Shown in pieces: positions 21,765 to 32,094 of a stretch of DNA of 64,000 bases. Position 1 is the stretch's first letter; each line of letters starts with the position of its first letter. The position numbers and the translations under genes were made by a program. The DNA is from Desulfocapsa sp. (GTDB taxonomy: Bacteria > Desulfobacterota > Desulfobulbia > Desulfobulbales > Desulfocapsaceae), in NCBI GenBank assembly GCA_030145625.1, contig JAQYVF010000007.1, positions 22,607 through 86,606 of the forward strand, written 5' to 3'. The notes under the pieces were generated by a model. It was given only the letters and a program-made list of their open reading frames with translations. It did no database searches and was not told where the DNA came from.

Positions 21765-21890
21765 AAATCCTGGCATTCCACCCAAAAAGACTTACTATAC
21801 AACACGGTGATGTTCAGCCTCTCCTCTTCAGGACCATTTGAACACTGATATATTATTGAATACTTATGCCGGTAGAGCCGGTTCCCTCCT

Positions 21891-22376
21891 ATGATACGAA
21901 ATGCCAGGATGGGGGATGTGAAGGAAATTCATTCCCTACTCAACTATTATGCCGGTAAGGGCTTGCTGCTTAGCCGGTCTTTCAGCTCTCTCTATGACCA
22001 ACTCCGAGATTTTAAGGTCTTTGCTGATGAGAGTGGTGAACTTCTTGGAGTCTGTGCTTTGCATATCAGTTGGGCTGATCTTGCTGAAATCCGTTCTCTG
22101 GCTGTTAAGGAAGGTGTTCAGGGACAGAAAATCGGGGCAAAGTTGGTGCGCAGCTGTCTTGAAGAAGCAAAAGAGTTCGGGATTTCCAATGTCTTTACCC
22201 TCACTTACCAATCCGATTTTTTTCGTAAACAGGGGTTTACTGATGCAGACAAGAGGGATCTGCCGCATAAGATCTGGAGTGACTGCTTGAATTGTAGTAA
22301 ATTTCCGGATTGTGATGAGGAGGCCCTGCAGTGCAAGGTCTTCGATGTCATTCCTGATACCGTGAGTAATGTGTAA
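21891..22376 (+). CDS. argA: GNAT N-acetyltransferase, short ArgA-type (probable amino-acid N-acetyltransferase)
   Basis: LAEIRSLAV, QGQKIG, VFTLTY..FF and LPHKIWSDCLNCSKFPDCDEEAL motifs. Confidence 0.8.
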   Translation: MIRNARMGDVKEIHSLLNYYAGKGLLLSRSFSSLYDQLRDFKVFADESGELLGVCALHISWADLAEIRSLAVKEGVQGQKIGAKLVRSCLEEAKEFGISNVFTLTYQSDFFRKQGFTDADKRDLPHKIWSDCLNCSKFPDCDEEALQCKVFDVIPDTVSNV

Positions 22377-22420
22377 TAACTCTGCTCGACACTGCTTTAT
22401 AACCAAGGTGAATTCTTGAA

Positions 22421-24976
22421 ATGATAGGTAACGTACTGACGAAAGTTTTTGGAAGTAAGAATGATCGGGTGCTTAAACAAATACGCCCTCTGGTCAACAG
22501 AATTAATGAACTTGAAGATACTGTAATCTCCCTCGATGATGGACAGCTTGCGGCCAGGACCGTTGAGTTCCGGGAGCGCCTGGCCAAGGGAGAAGAACTG
22601 GATCAACTCCTTCCCGAGTCCTTTGCTACCATCCGTGAGGCTGCCAAAAGGGTGCTTGGAGAACGTCATTACGATGTTCAGTTGATTGGTGGCGTCATTC
22701 TCCATCAGGGAAAGATAGCTGAGATGAAAACCGGTGAGGGAAAGACATTGACCTCAACCCTGCCCGTCTATTTGAATGCCCTGACTGGAAAAGGGGTACA
22801 TCTGGTTACGGTTAATGACTACCTGGCTGCACGTGATGCCGATTGGATGGGACAGATCTACCGTTCACTTGGGATCAGTGTGGGCAAGATCGTTCATGAT
22901 ATGGATGATGAGCTCCGTCGTGAAGCATACGCGGCTGATGTTACTTATGGAACCAATAACGAATTCGGTTTTGATTATCTCCGCGACAATATGAAATTTG
23001 AAATGAGCGATTTCTGTCAACGTGGCTTCAATTTTGCCATCGTCGATGAGGTTGACTCTATTCTTATTGATGAGGCCAGGACACCACTCATTATTTCCGG
23101 TCCGGCAGAGATTTCCACAGAGATGTATGTCAGTGTTGATAAAATCATGTCAGCCTTTAATGTTGAAGAACATTATCTGGTGGATGAGAAATCCAAGCAG
23201 GTTGCTCTCTCCGAGGAAGGTATTAGCCTTGGAGAAAAGTTACTGGAAGTGGAAAATCTTTATGAGCCTGATGCCATTGAACAGTTGCACCATCTGAATC
23301 AGGCCTTGAAGGCCCATGTCCTTTTTAAGCGTGATGTTGATTATATCGTCAAAAACGGTGAAGTGGTTATTGTCGACGAATTTACCGGTCGAACCATGGA
23401 AGGCCGCCGTTACAGCGATGGTCTGCATCAGGCCCTGGAAGCCAAAGAAGGGGTTAAGATTGAGAAGGAAAATCAGACTCTTGCCTCGATTACCTTCCAG
23501 AACTACTTTCGAATGTATGACAAGCTGTCAGGAATGACCGGTACGGCTGATACCGAGGCTCCAGAATTTAAAAAGATCTATGATCTCGACGTTGTTATCA
23601 TGCCTACCAATATGCCCATGGTGCGTCAAGATTTCCCTGATGTTATTTATAAAAATACAAAGGCAAAATATAGGGCAATCGCTCGTGAGGTTAAGGAACT
23701 GCATGAAAAGGGGCAGCCTGTACTCGTCGGTACTATTTCCATCGATGTCTCGGAATTGATTTCCAGGATGTTGAAAAAGGAAAAGATTGAACATGAGGTG
23801 CTCAATGCTAAACAGCATGATCGTGAAGCAGAGATCGTTGCCAATGCCGGGCAGTTCGGGAAGGTGACCATTGCCACCAATATGGCTGGCCGCGGTACTG
23901 ATATTAAGCTCAGTCCTGAATCACGAGAAGCTGGTGGCTTGCATATCCTCGGTACATCGCGCCACGAATCACGACGTATCGATAATCAGTTGCGTGGTCG
24001 TTCCGGCCGTCAGGGCGATCCTGGTTCTTCTCGTTTTTTCCTTTCCCTTGAGGATGATCTTCTCCGTATTTTCGGGTCCGGCAGGATTTCCGGGATCATG
24101 GATAAGCTTGGTATGGAAGAGGATGAACCCATTGAACACAACATGATTTCCAAGGCCATTGAAAATGCTCAACGTAAGGTAGAGGGGCATAACTTTGATA
24201 TTCGTAAACACCTGCTTGAGTATGACGATGTCATGAATAAGCAGCGTGAAGTGATCTACAGGCAACGTCGTGAGTTACTCTCCGGTGAAGATTTTGTGGC
24301 AGTGGTCAAGGATATGACCGGTGATCTCGTTGATACGGTTGTGGATGAATTTGCCAATGATCGTTTGGCCTCAGAAGACTGGGACTGGCAAGGGTTCGAT
24401 GAACGGATGCTGGATCTTTTTCAAATTACTCTTGATTGGAACGATGAGGACCGAAGCGGTATGGACCGTGAAGGTTTTCGGAAAAAGATCGATGGAATGG
24501 TTGAAGAGCATTACAGTGCTCAGGAGGCCCATAATGGAGATGAGGTCCAACGACATATGGAACGGGTTATTCTTCTGCAAATGGTAGACACCCATTGGAA
24601 GGATCATCTGCTGTCCATGGATCACCTCAAGCAGGGGATTGGTCTTCGCGGTTATGGTCAGAAAAACCCGCTGGATGAATATAAGAAGGAGGGATATAAT
24701 CTCTTCTTGAATATGGTAGAGACTGTTAAGCAGCAGACTGTGTCCACCCTCATGCGTATAAGGATAGTCCATGAGGATGATGTAGAACGCCTGGAAGAGG
24801 AAAGGCGACGACAGCGCAGAGAGCTTGAACAGGTGACTATGAACAAGGGCCCGGCTGGTGAAGAGACTGTTGCAGCCAAACCGGAGAAGCGGGAAGGGGA
24901 GAAAGTTGGGCGTAATGCCTCCTGCCCCTGCGGCTCCGGTAAAAAATACAAAAAATGCTGCGGTAAGCCAAGCTGA
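22421..24976 (+). CDS. secA: Preprotein translocase subunit SecA
   Basis: [42 protein letters not shown] and C-terminal SEC-C ([13 protein letters not shown]). Confidence 0.99.
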   Translation: MIGNVLTKVFGSKNDRVLKQIRPLVNRINELEDTVISLDDGQLAARTVEFRERLAKGEELDQLLPESFATIREAAKRVLGERHYDVQLIGGVILHQGKIAEMKTGEGKTLTSTLPVYLNALTGKGVHLVTVNDYLAARDADWMGQIYRSLGISVGKIVHDMDDELRREAYAADVTYGTNNEFGFDYLRDNMKFEMSDFCQRGFNFAIVDEVDSILIDEARTPLIISGPAEISTEMYVSVDKIMSAFNVEEHYLVDEKSKQVALSEEGISLGEKLLEVENLYEPDAIEQLHHLNQALKAHVLFKRDVDYIVKNGEVVIVDEFTGRTMEGRRYSDGLHQALEAKEGVKIEKENQTLASITFQNYFRMYDKLSGMTGTADTEAPEFKKIYDLDVVIMPTNMPMVRQDFPDVIYKNTKAKYRAIAREVKELHEKGQPVLVGTISIDVSELISRMLKKEKIEHEVLNAKQHDREAEIVANAGQFGKVTIATNMAGRGTDIKLSPESREAGGLHILGTSRHESRRIDNQLRGRSGRQGDPGSSRFFLSLEDDLLRIFGSGRISGIMDKLGMEEDEPIEHNMISKAIENAQRKVEGHNFDIRKHLLEYDDVMNKQREVIYRQRRELLSGEDFVAVVKDMTGDLVDTVVDEFANDRLASEDWDWQGFDERMLDLFQITLDWNDEDRSGMDREGFRKKIDGMVEEHYSAQEAHNGDEVQRHMERVILLQMVDTHWKDHLLSMDHLKQGIGLRGYGQKNPLDEYKKEGYNLFLNMVETVKQQTVSTLMRIRIVHEDDVERLEEERRRQRRELEQVTMNKGPAGEETVAAKPEKREGEKVGRNASCPCGSGKKYKKCCGKPS

Positions 24977-24979
24977 TTA

Positions 24980-25124
24980 TAGGGTACCTTGAAAAATTAG
25001 ATTTTTTGTTCAAGATCGAGGAACAGACGAAAAAATAAGCGCAGCATATAGTTTATATGTGAGCATTAATTTTTTGACTGTGACGAAGAGTTTGGGCAAA
25101 AAGGCAATTTTTCGTGGTGGCCTA
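24980..25124. mobile_element. MITE-like palindromic repeat, copy 1 (145 bp)
   Basis: Imperfect terminal inverted repeats TAGGGTACCTTGAAAAATT...AATTTTTCGTGGTGGCCTA with TA at both ends; the ends are 39/42 and 36/41 identical to 58213-58384. Confidence 0.75.
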
Positions 25125-25144
25125 TAGTCTGTAGTTTAATATAG

Positions 25145-25195
25145 AAAAGCAAAAAGGCTATGGAGGGGGAAACCCTCCATAGCCTTTTTGCTTTT
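25145..25195. terminator. Bidirectional intrinsic terminator between secA and ppk2
   Basis: Perfect 23-bp inverted repeat AAAAGCAAAAAGGCTATGGAGGG / CCCTCCATAGCCTTTTTGCTTTT with a 5-nt loop. Confidence 0.9.
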
Positions 25196-25211
25196 GTTCG
25201 AGTTGAATCTG

Positions 25212-26132
25212 TTAGCCGTGGAGGTTTTCCGGGTTCATGATGTTCTCCTCCATGTGTCTGAGTTCATCGATTCCGGAGACTATGATCTCAGGATCGTACT
25301 CCAGGTAGCGTTTTGGAAGTTTTCCTTCATACTCCATATTGGAGAGGAGGAATTTCATGCAGTTTATACGTGCTTTTTTCTTTACATCCGAACGGATAAT
25401 CGTCCAGGGGGCCATGGTTCGGTTTGTCTCAGACAGCATTTGAAACTTGCGCACCGAGTATTGGTCCCAGTATTCCTGGGCCAGATTGTCCACCGGGGAG
25501 AGTTTGTATTGTTTGAGCGGATCTTCTTTTCTGGAATCAAAGCGTTCCTTTTGGACATCTTTGGATACCGAGAAGTAGAACTTGAAAAGTTTAATCCCGT
25601 CTTTGACCATTAACTCTTCCAGCAGTGGGGCGTCTTTCAGGAAGCGTTTATTTTGTTCATCGGTACAGAATCCCATGACCGGTTCTACCATGGCCCTGTT
25701 GTACCAGCTTCGATCAAAGATCACGAGTTCTCCGGCCGCAGGCAGGTGTGGCGTGTAACGCTGGAAGTACCATTGGGTTATCTCGGTTTCATTGGGCTTG
25801 GTCAGGGCAACTACTCGAGTGTTCCTGGGGTTGAGATTGGTTGTGATTCGTTTGATGGTCCCGCCCTTACCGGCAGCGTCCCGGCCTTCAAAGATAGCCA
25901 GTAAACGGTCGCCATTGGCTTTCATGTGCCGCTGCAGTTTCATGAGTTCGATCTGCAGGAGTTTGAGTTCTCTTTCATAGGCGATGTGCCAGTTTTTTAC
26001 CCAGATAGCTTTTTTGCCTTTGGATTCTTTCTTTTTTTCGTTTTTCAGGGCAGTGCCTTCCAGCAGTTTGAATTCTATTGCCTCGATTTCTTTCAGTGAT
26101 TGTTTGCTTTTCTTACCATTTTTTTCTGACAT
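25212..26132 (-). CDS. ppk2: Polyphosphate kinase 2
   Basis: FEGRDAAGKGG, FDRSWYNRAMVEPVMGFC and DPLKQYKLS motifs. Confidence 0.96.
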   Translation of the reverse strand: MSEKNGKKSKQSLKEIEAIEFKLLEGTALKNEKKKESKGKKAIWVKNWHIAYERELKLLQIELMKLQRHMKANGDRLLAIFEGRDAAGKGGTIKRITTNLNPRNTRVVALTKPNETEITQWYFQRYTPHLPAAGELVIFDRSWYNRAMVEPVMGFCTDEQNKRFLKDAPLLEELMVKDGIKLFKFYFSVSKDVQKERFDSRKEDPLKQYKLSPVDNLAQEYWDQYSVRKFQMLSETNRTMAPWTIIRSDVKKKARINCMKFLLSNMEYEGKLPKRYLEYDPEIIVSGIDELRHMEENIMNPENLHG

Positions 26133-26156
26133 GACTAATTCCTCGGAAAGGGGAGC

Positions 26157-27128
26157 TCAACTCAATGGTGCTCCATATTGTTTTTTCTCTTGTTTCATTA
26201 ACTTTAATTCGCGATTTCCTGCGATAACGATTTGCGGATTGACTTTAAAATCGAGTTTTCTGCTACGTCCGCGGTATTTAACGGAGTTGAGAATCAGTTT
26301 CATGGTCTCTCGGCGTGCCAAATGTTTATCATCGGAGCGGACAACCCACCATTTGGATTCTCTGGTGTGCGTCTTCTGGAGGAGGACTTTTTTCTTTTCA
26401 GTGAATTCGTCCCAGAGTTCCTGGGCCTGAAGATCCACCTCGCTGAGTTTCCATTGACGTAATGGGTCATTTTTTCTTCTTTCAAAACGTCGTGATTGTT
26501 CTTCCTTGGTAACGGAAAAATAGAGTTTGAGGAGGATGGTACGGCCGGCATCAAGGATAAAGTTTTGTTCATAGGCGGTAACTTTCTTCAAAAAACGGCG
26601 ATATTGGTCTTTCGAGCAAAAACCCATAACCGGTTCCACCATGGCACGATTATACCAGCTTCTGTCAAAAAGGACGATCTCACCGGCATGGGGGAAACGT
26701 TCAATATAACGTTTCATGTGTAGTTCGGTCTTCTGGGTTTCTGTGGGTTTGCCCAGGGCTTCTACACGATACCGTTTTTCATTCATATAGCGGGCAACCC
26801 TGCGGATGGTTCCACCCTTACCCGAGGCATCACGTCCATCAAAAAGGATGATCATTTTTTTGCCGGTTTTCTCAAGATGGGACTGCATTTTAATGAGTTC
26901 TGCCTGGTATGGCTTTAATTCTTCAGAATTGTAATATTTAAGTAGTGCTGCCTCGACAATCTCTTCTTTGTGACGTTCCTTCAGTACAGAGAGAATCTTG
27001 CGGCTTTTTTCGTCGGGTGGCTGGGAATGGAATTCCGCATCAAGTTTGTCGACAAACTTGCGGATAATGGCCGTGGTACCTTTGGGCTCAAAATCCATTG
27101 GGCTACTTTTTTTCTTCCTTGCTGTCAT
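26157..27128 (-). CDS. ppk2: Polyphosphate kinase 2 (second paralog)
   Basis: FDGRDASGKGG, FDRSWYNRAMVEPVMGFC and DPLRQWKLS motifs. Confidence 0.95.
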   Translation of the reverse strand: MTARKKKSSPMDFEPKGTTAIIRKFVDKLDAEFHSQPPDEKSRKILSVLKERHKEEIVEAALLKYYNSEELKPYQAELIKMQSHLEKTGKKMIILFDGRDASGKGGTIRRVARYMNEKRYRVEALGKPTETQKTELHMKRYIERFPHAGEIVLFDRSWYNRAMVEPVMGFCSKDQYRRFLKKVTAYEQNFILDAGRTILLKLYFSVTKEEQSRRFERRKNDPLRQWKLSEVDLQAQELWDEFTEKKKVLLQKTHTRESKWWVVRSDDKHLARRETMKLILNSVKYRGRSRKLDFKVNPQIVIAGNRELKLMKQEKKQYGAPLS

Positions 27129-27399
27129 GATGATTCCTTTTGATAAATATTTTCATATACGAATTAATAATAGCAGTAACAACCCTGCAACTGCAAATAT
27201 TAATGGAATTTTCTATCTGAATTTAACTGCATGGTAAATTTTATGAATGTTGTCCCGCTCTAAGGCCTGGAGCAGGAGGTCTACCGACTGCCTGATGTGA
27301 TACAAATAGGCCTGTACGGTTTTGTTGTCTGACTCTTCAATGGCTGGAGCGAAGAAGTTATCGTGACTATATGAGAAAAGAAAGGAGTTCATATGATCA

Positions 27400-28905
27400 T
27401 CACAGAAGAGGGCCAATGATAAGCGCAGAATTTTCAAAGAATTTTTCAAGATAAGTACGCTGGGACATGACCTCGAGATTCAGGGGGAGGGATTGGGATT
27501 CATAACGACTTTGTACTTGGCGGAGTTCTGTCGTGAAGGAACGGTTATAGATAAAGAGAGTGGCCTCAAAGTTGAGCCAGAAACTTCGCATATCCAGGTT
27601 TACAGAGCCAAAAAGGGCGAATTCATCATCTACGGTTATGGTTTTGGAGTGCAGCAATCCCCCTGAAAAAAGTTTGATGGATACTCCGCTGGCAGCTAGA
27701 GTTTCATATCTGGCTCGACTGGCGTAGTGTACAAGTTTCGAGTCATTAATTTCCGGAACGATGATGCGGACATCGACTCCTCGCTGGGCGGCAGATTGGA
27801 GTGCAGTAAGCAGTGATTCATCAGGGACAAAATAGGGAGTGGTCAGGGTGATATTTTTCCGTGCTGCATAGATGGTGGTCAGGAGGAGGTTGTGAATAGC
27901 TTCCGGGGTAAAATCGGGTCCGGACGGGACCAGTTGTACAGGGATATCACCGGCAAAGGGCTGTGGGCGGACGTCAGCTATGGAACGTACGTGCTCAATG
28001 TCTTCTTCCAGGGAGCGTGAAGTTGCTTTTTCAGCATCTGTCTCCATAAACCAGTCACTGATAAAGGTGCCGGCAATGGATTCGACCACTGGTCCCTTGA
28101 TGCGAACCATGATATCCACCCATTGTCCTACTCCGGAGTCTTGTTTGAAAAATCCGGGGTCAACCATATTCTGACTTCCGGTATAGGCAATTCTGCCGTC
28201 TATCACGACAATTTTTCGATGGTTTCTGATGTCTATTCTGACGAAAAGGGCCTTGAAAAATCCGGCAGGCAGGGCGGCCAGTACTTTGATTCCAGCTCCA
28301 CGCAGTTCTTTGACCTTTTTCCCCCTTAAAAAATCTTTGCTGCCTATGGCGTCCACCAGAATGCGGCAGGTAACTCCTCTCTTCTTTGCCATGATCAAAG
28401 CGGCAATAACTTCATCGGCAGTACCACCTTCCTGCCAGATGTAGAATTGGAGGTGACAACTGTTTCTGGCTGCATCAATATCTCTGATGATGGCGCGCAT
28501 GATTTTTTCTGGTTCTTCGATGAGTTCCAGACTATTTCCGTCAAGGGTCGGGATACCGATGAGGGTATCTGCCTGGCGATGAATGGGTTCCAGAGCAGGG
28601 TTGAGCTTGGACCAGTCTATCGGTGCATTGTTTCTCATTGATGAGAGCCAGTTGTGATAGTGTTCAAGGGAATTTCTGGTTCGAGAGGCCCTGGTTTCGC
28701 CAATCCTGTTTTCCCCGAAAAAAAGATAGACAATGGCGCCAAGAAAGGGAAGAAGGAGGATAACAATAAGCCATGCAAGGGTGACGCCGTACTGACGTTG
28801 GCGCATGATTACCCGGATGGAGAGCCCCAAACGAATAGCAAGGTCTGCCAGGGGGAGGAGGTAGGGGAGAATAGTTGCGCTCCAGTGGTAAGTCTCTGCT
28901 GTCAT
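27400..28905 (-). CDS. cls: Cardiolipin synthase
   Basis: Two N-terminal TMs; two HKD motifs (HRKIVVIDG, HSKTITVDD); GSVNLDMRS. Confidence 0.95.
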   Translation of the reverse strand: MTAETYHWSATILPYLLPLADLAIRLGLSIRVIMRQRQYGVTLAWLIVILLLPFLGAIVYLFFGENRIGETRASRTRNSLEHYHNWLSSMRNNAPIDWSKLNPALEPIHRQADTLIGIPTLDGNSLELIEEPEKIMRAIIRDIDAARNSCHLQFYIWQEGGTADEVIAALIMAKKRGVTCRILVDAIGSKDFLRGKKVKELRGAGIKVLAALPAGFFKALFVRIDIRNHRKIVVIDGRIAYTGSQNMVDPGFFKQDSGVGQWVDIMVRIKGPVVESIAGTFISDWFMETDAEKATSRSLEEDIEHVRSIADVRPQPFAGDIPVQLVPSGPDFTPEAIHNLLLTTIYAARKNITLTTPYFVPDESLLTALQSAAQRGVDVRIIVPEINDSKLVHYASRARYETLAASGVSIKLFSGGLLHSKTITVDDEFALFGSVNLDMRSFWLNFEATLFIYNRSFTTELRQVQSRYESQSLPLNLEVMSQRTYLEKFFENSALIIGPLL

Positions 28906-29319
28906 TTGATCAGATCCGGGGAAGATGAAAAAAAGTTTTTTGCATATATTTATCCAGTTTACACGGGGGGAATGAAATGTAAAAGATCTAATTTTTCACT
29001 GGCATAATCACTCCTGAGGATGGTAGAAAGAGAATTCTTGTCAGTTCTTGACTCCCCAGTTACATAAGTTTTCCACATACTGGGGGGGGTGAAGACTACG
29101 CTTACCTGTTTTGGGGATGATCTTTGCGTTATGTGAAAAAATATCTCCAAAATACAACAAGATGTATGCAAGGGTTTTTCTTACAGGATACCTGTGCTAC
29201 AATTTTCCACATGCCTCGAAGTATCATCGATAACTGTCGATATCGAATTCGTTTGTCTGATCTTTGAGCGAAAAACTTAATTTTTTACGGTCTCTTATTT
29301 TAGATAGGGAAAAGAAAAA

Positions 29320-30504
29320 ATGAATATTAAAGGATTCTCAGCTTCTGCAGTTGCCGCAGGGATTCGTTATGCCGAGAGACTGGATCTCGGTCTTATATAT
29401 AGTGACACCCCAGCTGTTACGGCTGGAGTGTTCACCAGGAATCAGGTCAAGGCCGCACCGGTTATCGTTGATATGGAACGGCTTAAACAGGGCCTTGCTC
29501 AGGCTATACTTGTCAACAGCGGCAGTGCCAATGCCTGTACCGGTTCCAAGGGGATGGAAGCAGCGTTGGCCACCAGCTTACTCCTCTCTTCCAGCCTAGA
29601 TATCCCGAATGAAATGGTTCTTCTCTCTTCTACCGGAGTTATTGGAGAACAGTTGAACGTTGATGCCTTCACCGCATCCATGGACAGACTGGTGGAAGGG
29701 CTTGATAAAGAGAAGTTTGAAGAAGTGGCCCAGGCCATTATGACCACTGATACGGTCTCTAAAACAGTCTATAAAACTGTGATTATTGGTGATCACGAGG
29801 TCAATTTCATGGGAATGGCCAAGGGTGCCGGCATGATTATGCCCAATATGGCCACCATGCTTTCCTTTGTGGTCACAGATGCTCAAATCGGTTTCCCGGT
29901 ACTGCAGGAGTCGCTCCGTCAGGCTGCGGACAGAACCTTTAATCGAATTACTGTGGATGGAGATACCAGTACCAATGATATGGTCCTGGTGATGGCCAAT
30001 GGAACCGCCTCTAATGAGTGGATTGATGAGGATAATGTCGTTGGTTGTCAGGCCTTTAAAGATACTTTGGAAGGTGTGCTCAAGGAGCTGGCCTTGAAGA
30101 TAATCAGTGACGGTGAAGGCGCAACCAAGTGTGTTACCATACGGGTCTGCGGGGCAAAAGAAGAGGCGGCAGCAGAACAGATGGCACGAACCGTTGCCAA
30201 TTCAAACCTGGTAAAGACAGCTTTTTTCGGGGAGGATGCTAACTGGGGGCGAATTATTGCCGCCATGGGACGTTCCGGGGTACGTTTTCATCCGGATCGT
30301 GTAGATATCGCCTTTGATAAGGTTGTGCTGGTGAGAGATGGACTGGCTGTTGGCCAAGAGGCAGAGGCTGCAGCTACAGAGATCTTGAAACAGAAAAATA
30401 TAAGCGTGTGTATCGATCTCAAGGATGGCGCAGGATGTGAAGAAGTCTATACCTGTGACTTTTCTCTCGATTACGTAAAGATTAACGCTGATTATCGCTC
30501 TTAG
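29320..30504 (+). CDS. argJ: Glutamate N-acetyltransferase / ornithine acetyltransferase
   Basis: NSGSANACTG, STGVIG, AIMTTDT, KGAGMIMPNMATML, DGDTSTND, DGEGATK, C-terminal INADYRS. Confidence 0.98.
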   Translation: MNIKGFSASAVAAGIRYAERLDLGLIYSDTPAVTAGVFTRNQVKAAPVIVDMERLKQGLAQAILVNSGSANACTGSKGMEAALATSLLLSSSLDIPNEMVLLSSTGVIGEQLNVDAFTASMDRLVEGLDKEKFEEVAQAIMTTDTVSKTVYKTVIIGDHEVNFMGMAKGAGMIMPNMATMLSFVVTDAQIGFPVLQESLRQAADRTFNRITVDGDTSTNDMVLVMANGTASNEWIDEDNVVGCQAFKDTLEGVLKELALKIISDGEGATKCVTIRVCGAKEEAAAEQMARTVANSNLVKTAFFGEDANWGRIIAAMGRSGVRFHPDRVDIAFDKVVLVRDGLAVGQEAEAAATEILKQKNISVCIDLKDGAGCEEVYTCDFSLDYVKINADYRS

Positions 30505-30516
30505 GGAGACTTGCTG

Positions 30517-32094
30517 ATGAGTCTGCTTCAGGTTTCATTTGCTTTTGCTTCAGACATAACCCCCACTTTTTTGTTGGATACTGTGAGAGCAACCGGTGTC
30601 GTTGTTGAGCAGGAAGTTTTGGAAGACCAGTTTCAGTATCTGGATACTTTCAATTGGCAACTCTATAGCCAAGGCAGGGTCTGTAAACGTCGAGGCACTG
30701 ATCAATATACGCTTTCCGATTTCGCAGGATTGGATGTGCAGGAAGGAACCGGTCCTGACACCCTTGTTCCTCTGGCGAGGGAATTTATCTCTACTTCGTT
30801 GGGCCGGGAAATGGAGCCCCTTCTCGGAATACGGGCTTTGATTCCTTGTGTCGATGTAGAGCGGGAAAAACATTTTTTTCATCTCTTGAATAAGGATGAA
30901 AAGATAATCATGCGTCTTTGTCTCGAACTGAATAGCTGTACTTATAAAGGAAGAGTGCAGGAGACGGGAGGCTGTATTCGACTTTACGGGTTGCGGGGGT
31001 ATGAAAAAATCTATCATCGACTCCGACAGATGTTTATTGAAAAGGGCTTGCCTGAAAGTTGTGGCGAGGATTTTCTCCTTCAGCAGGCATTGGCGGTAAG
31101 AAAACGGCGACCGCTTGATTACAGTTCGAAATTCAGTGTTACCCTGGATGACCGGGAAAACATCAGTGAAGCTGCCAGGGATATCTTCCTTATCCTTGCA
31201 GGCAATATGGCTGAGAATCTTCCCGGAGTTATGCAGGATTGGGATATTGAATTTCTTCATGAATTCCGGGTTGCTCTACGCAGGAGCCGTTCTCTCCTTT
31301 CTTCATTGAAAAAAATGATGCCTGCAGATGAGTGTGGTGAGATGCTGGAAGGACTCAAGGCTATTGGTACGGCAACCGGACCACTACGTGATCTTGATGT
31401 GTATCTCCTGGAACAGGGTGCCTTTCAGGCCCTACTACCCGAGAGCCTTCATCGGGGGTTGAAAGAATTTTTTGCAAGTCTTGCCTCAGCTCGTGAGCAG
31501 GAGTTTGAGAAACTCATACAGACCTTGCAGTCTCCTGACTATGAACTGTTCATGAGTCAGTGGTTGGATTTTGTTCACAACCGTCTATGTACCCTGACAG
31601 GTGGCAAAGGAAAACAACCATGTCGTTATGCAGCGGCAAAATTTATCAGAAAACGACTGGAGAAGATTCTTCTCGCCGGAGGAGCCATAAGCGAACAGTC
31701 TCCGGATGAGGAACTGCATAGCCTTCGTATTCAGTGCAAGAAGCTTCGCTACCTTCTGGAGTTTTATCGTTCCCTTTTTCCGGATAAGGCCATGGCTGCC
31801 TGTATACAAAAGCTGAAAAAACTCCAGGATAACCTGGGAAATTTCAATGATCTCTCTGTACAGCAGGAGGTGCTGGGGCATTATCGTGAGCACCTGACTC
31901 CAGGGTCAAAGAAAAACATGCATATTGCAGCTGCCCTTGGCGGACTGATCACCCATCTGCAAAGTGATCAGCAGAAGGTCCGGAAAAAATTCGGCAAGAC
32001 CTACTCCCATTTCGCCACTGCGGAACACAGGACCCTTTTTCAAAATATGCTGGACGCTCCAGTTTCTTGCGAAAAAAAAGGAGAAACGAAATGA
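30517..32094 (+). CDS. CHAD-domain (polyphosphate-binding) protein with N-terminal CYTH-like region
   Basis: DIEFLHEFRVALRRSRS, LRDLDV, LHSLRIQCKKLRYLLEF and LQDNLGNFNDLSVQ motifs; N-terminal YLDTFNWQL. Confidence 0.92.
   Translation: MSLLQVSFAFASDITPTFLLDTVRATGVVVEQEVLEDQFQYLDTFNWQLYSQGRVCKRRGTDQYTLSDFAGLDVQEGTGPDTLVPLAREFISTSLGREMEPLLGIRALIPCVDVEREKHFFHLLNKDEKIIMRLCLELNSCTYKGRVQETGGCIRLYGLRGYEKIYHRLRQMFIEKGLPESCGEDFLLQQALAVRKRRPLDYSSKFSVTLDDRENISEAARDIFLILAGNMAENLPGVMQDWDIEFLHEFRVALRRSRSLLSSLKKMMPADECGEMLEGLKAIGTATGPLRDLDVYLLEQGAFQALLPESLHRGLKEFFASLASAREQEFEKLIQTLQSPDYELFMSQWLDFVHNRLCTLTGGKGKQPCRYAAAKFIRKRLEKILLAGGAISEQSPDEELHSLRIQCKKLRYLLEFYRSLFPDKAMAACIQKLKKLQDNLGNFNDLSVQQEVLGHYREHLTPGSKKNMHIAAALGGLITHLQSDQQKVRKKFGKTYSHFATAEHRTLFQNMLDAPVSCEKKGETK

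Noticed and set aside
21805..21850. GGTGATG...CTGAT resembling a fluoride riboswitch
   Set aside because: It lacks the conserved stem and pseudoknot, and the downstream gene is unrelated to fluoride.
21855..21870. ARG-box-like ATTGAATACTTATGCC upstream of the ArgA-type gene
   Set aside because: A single AT-rich imperfect match with no tandem partner and no similar box seen at argJ.
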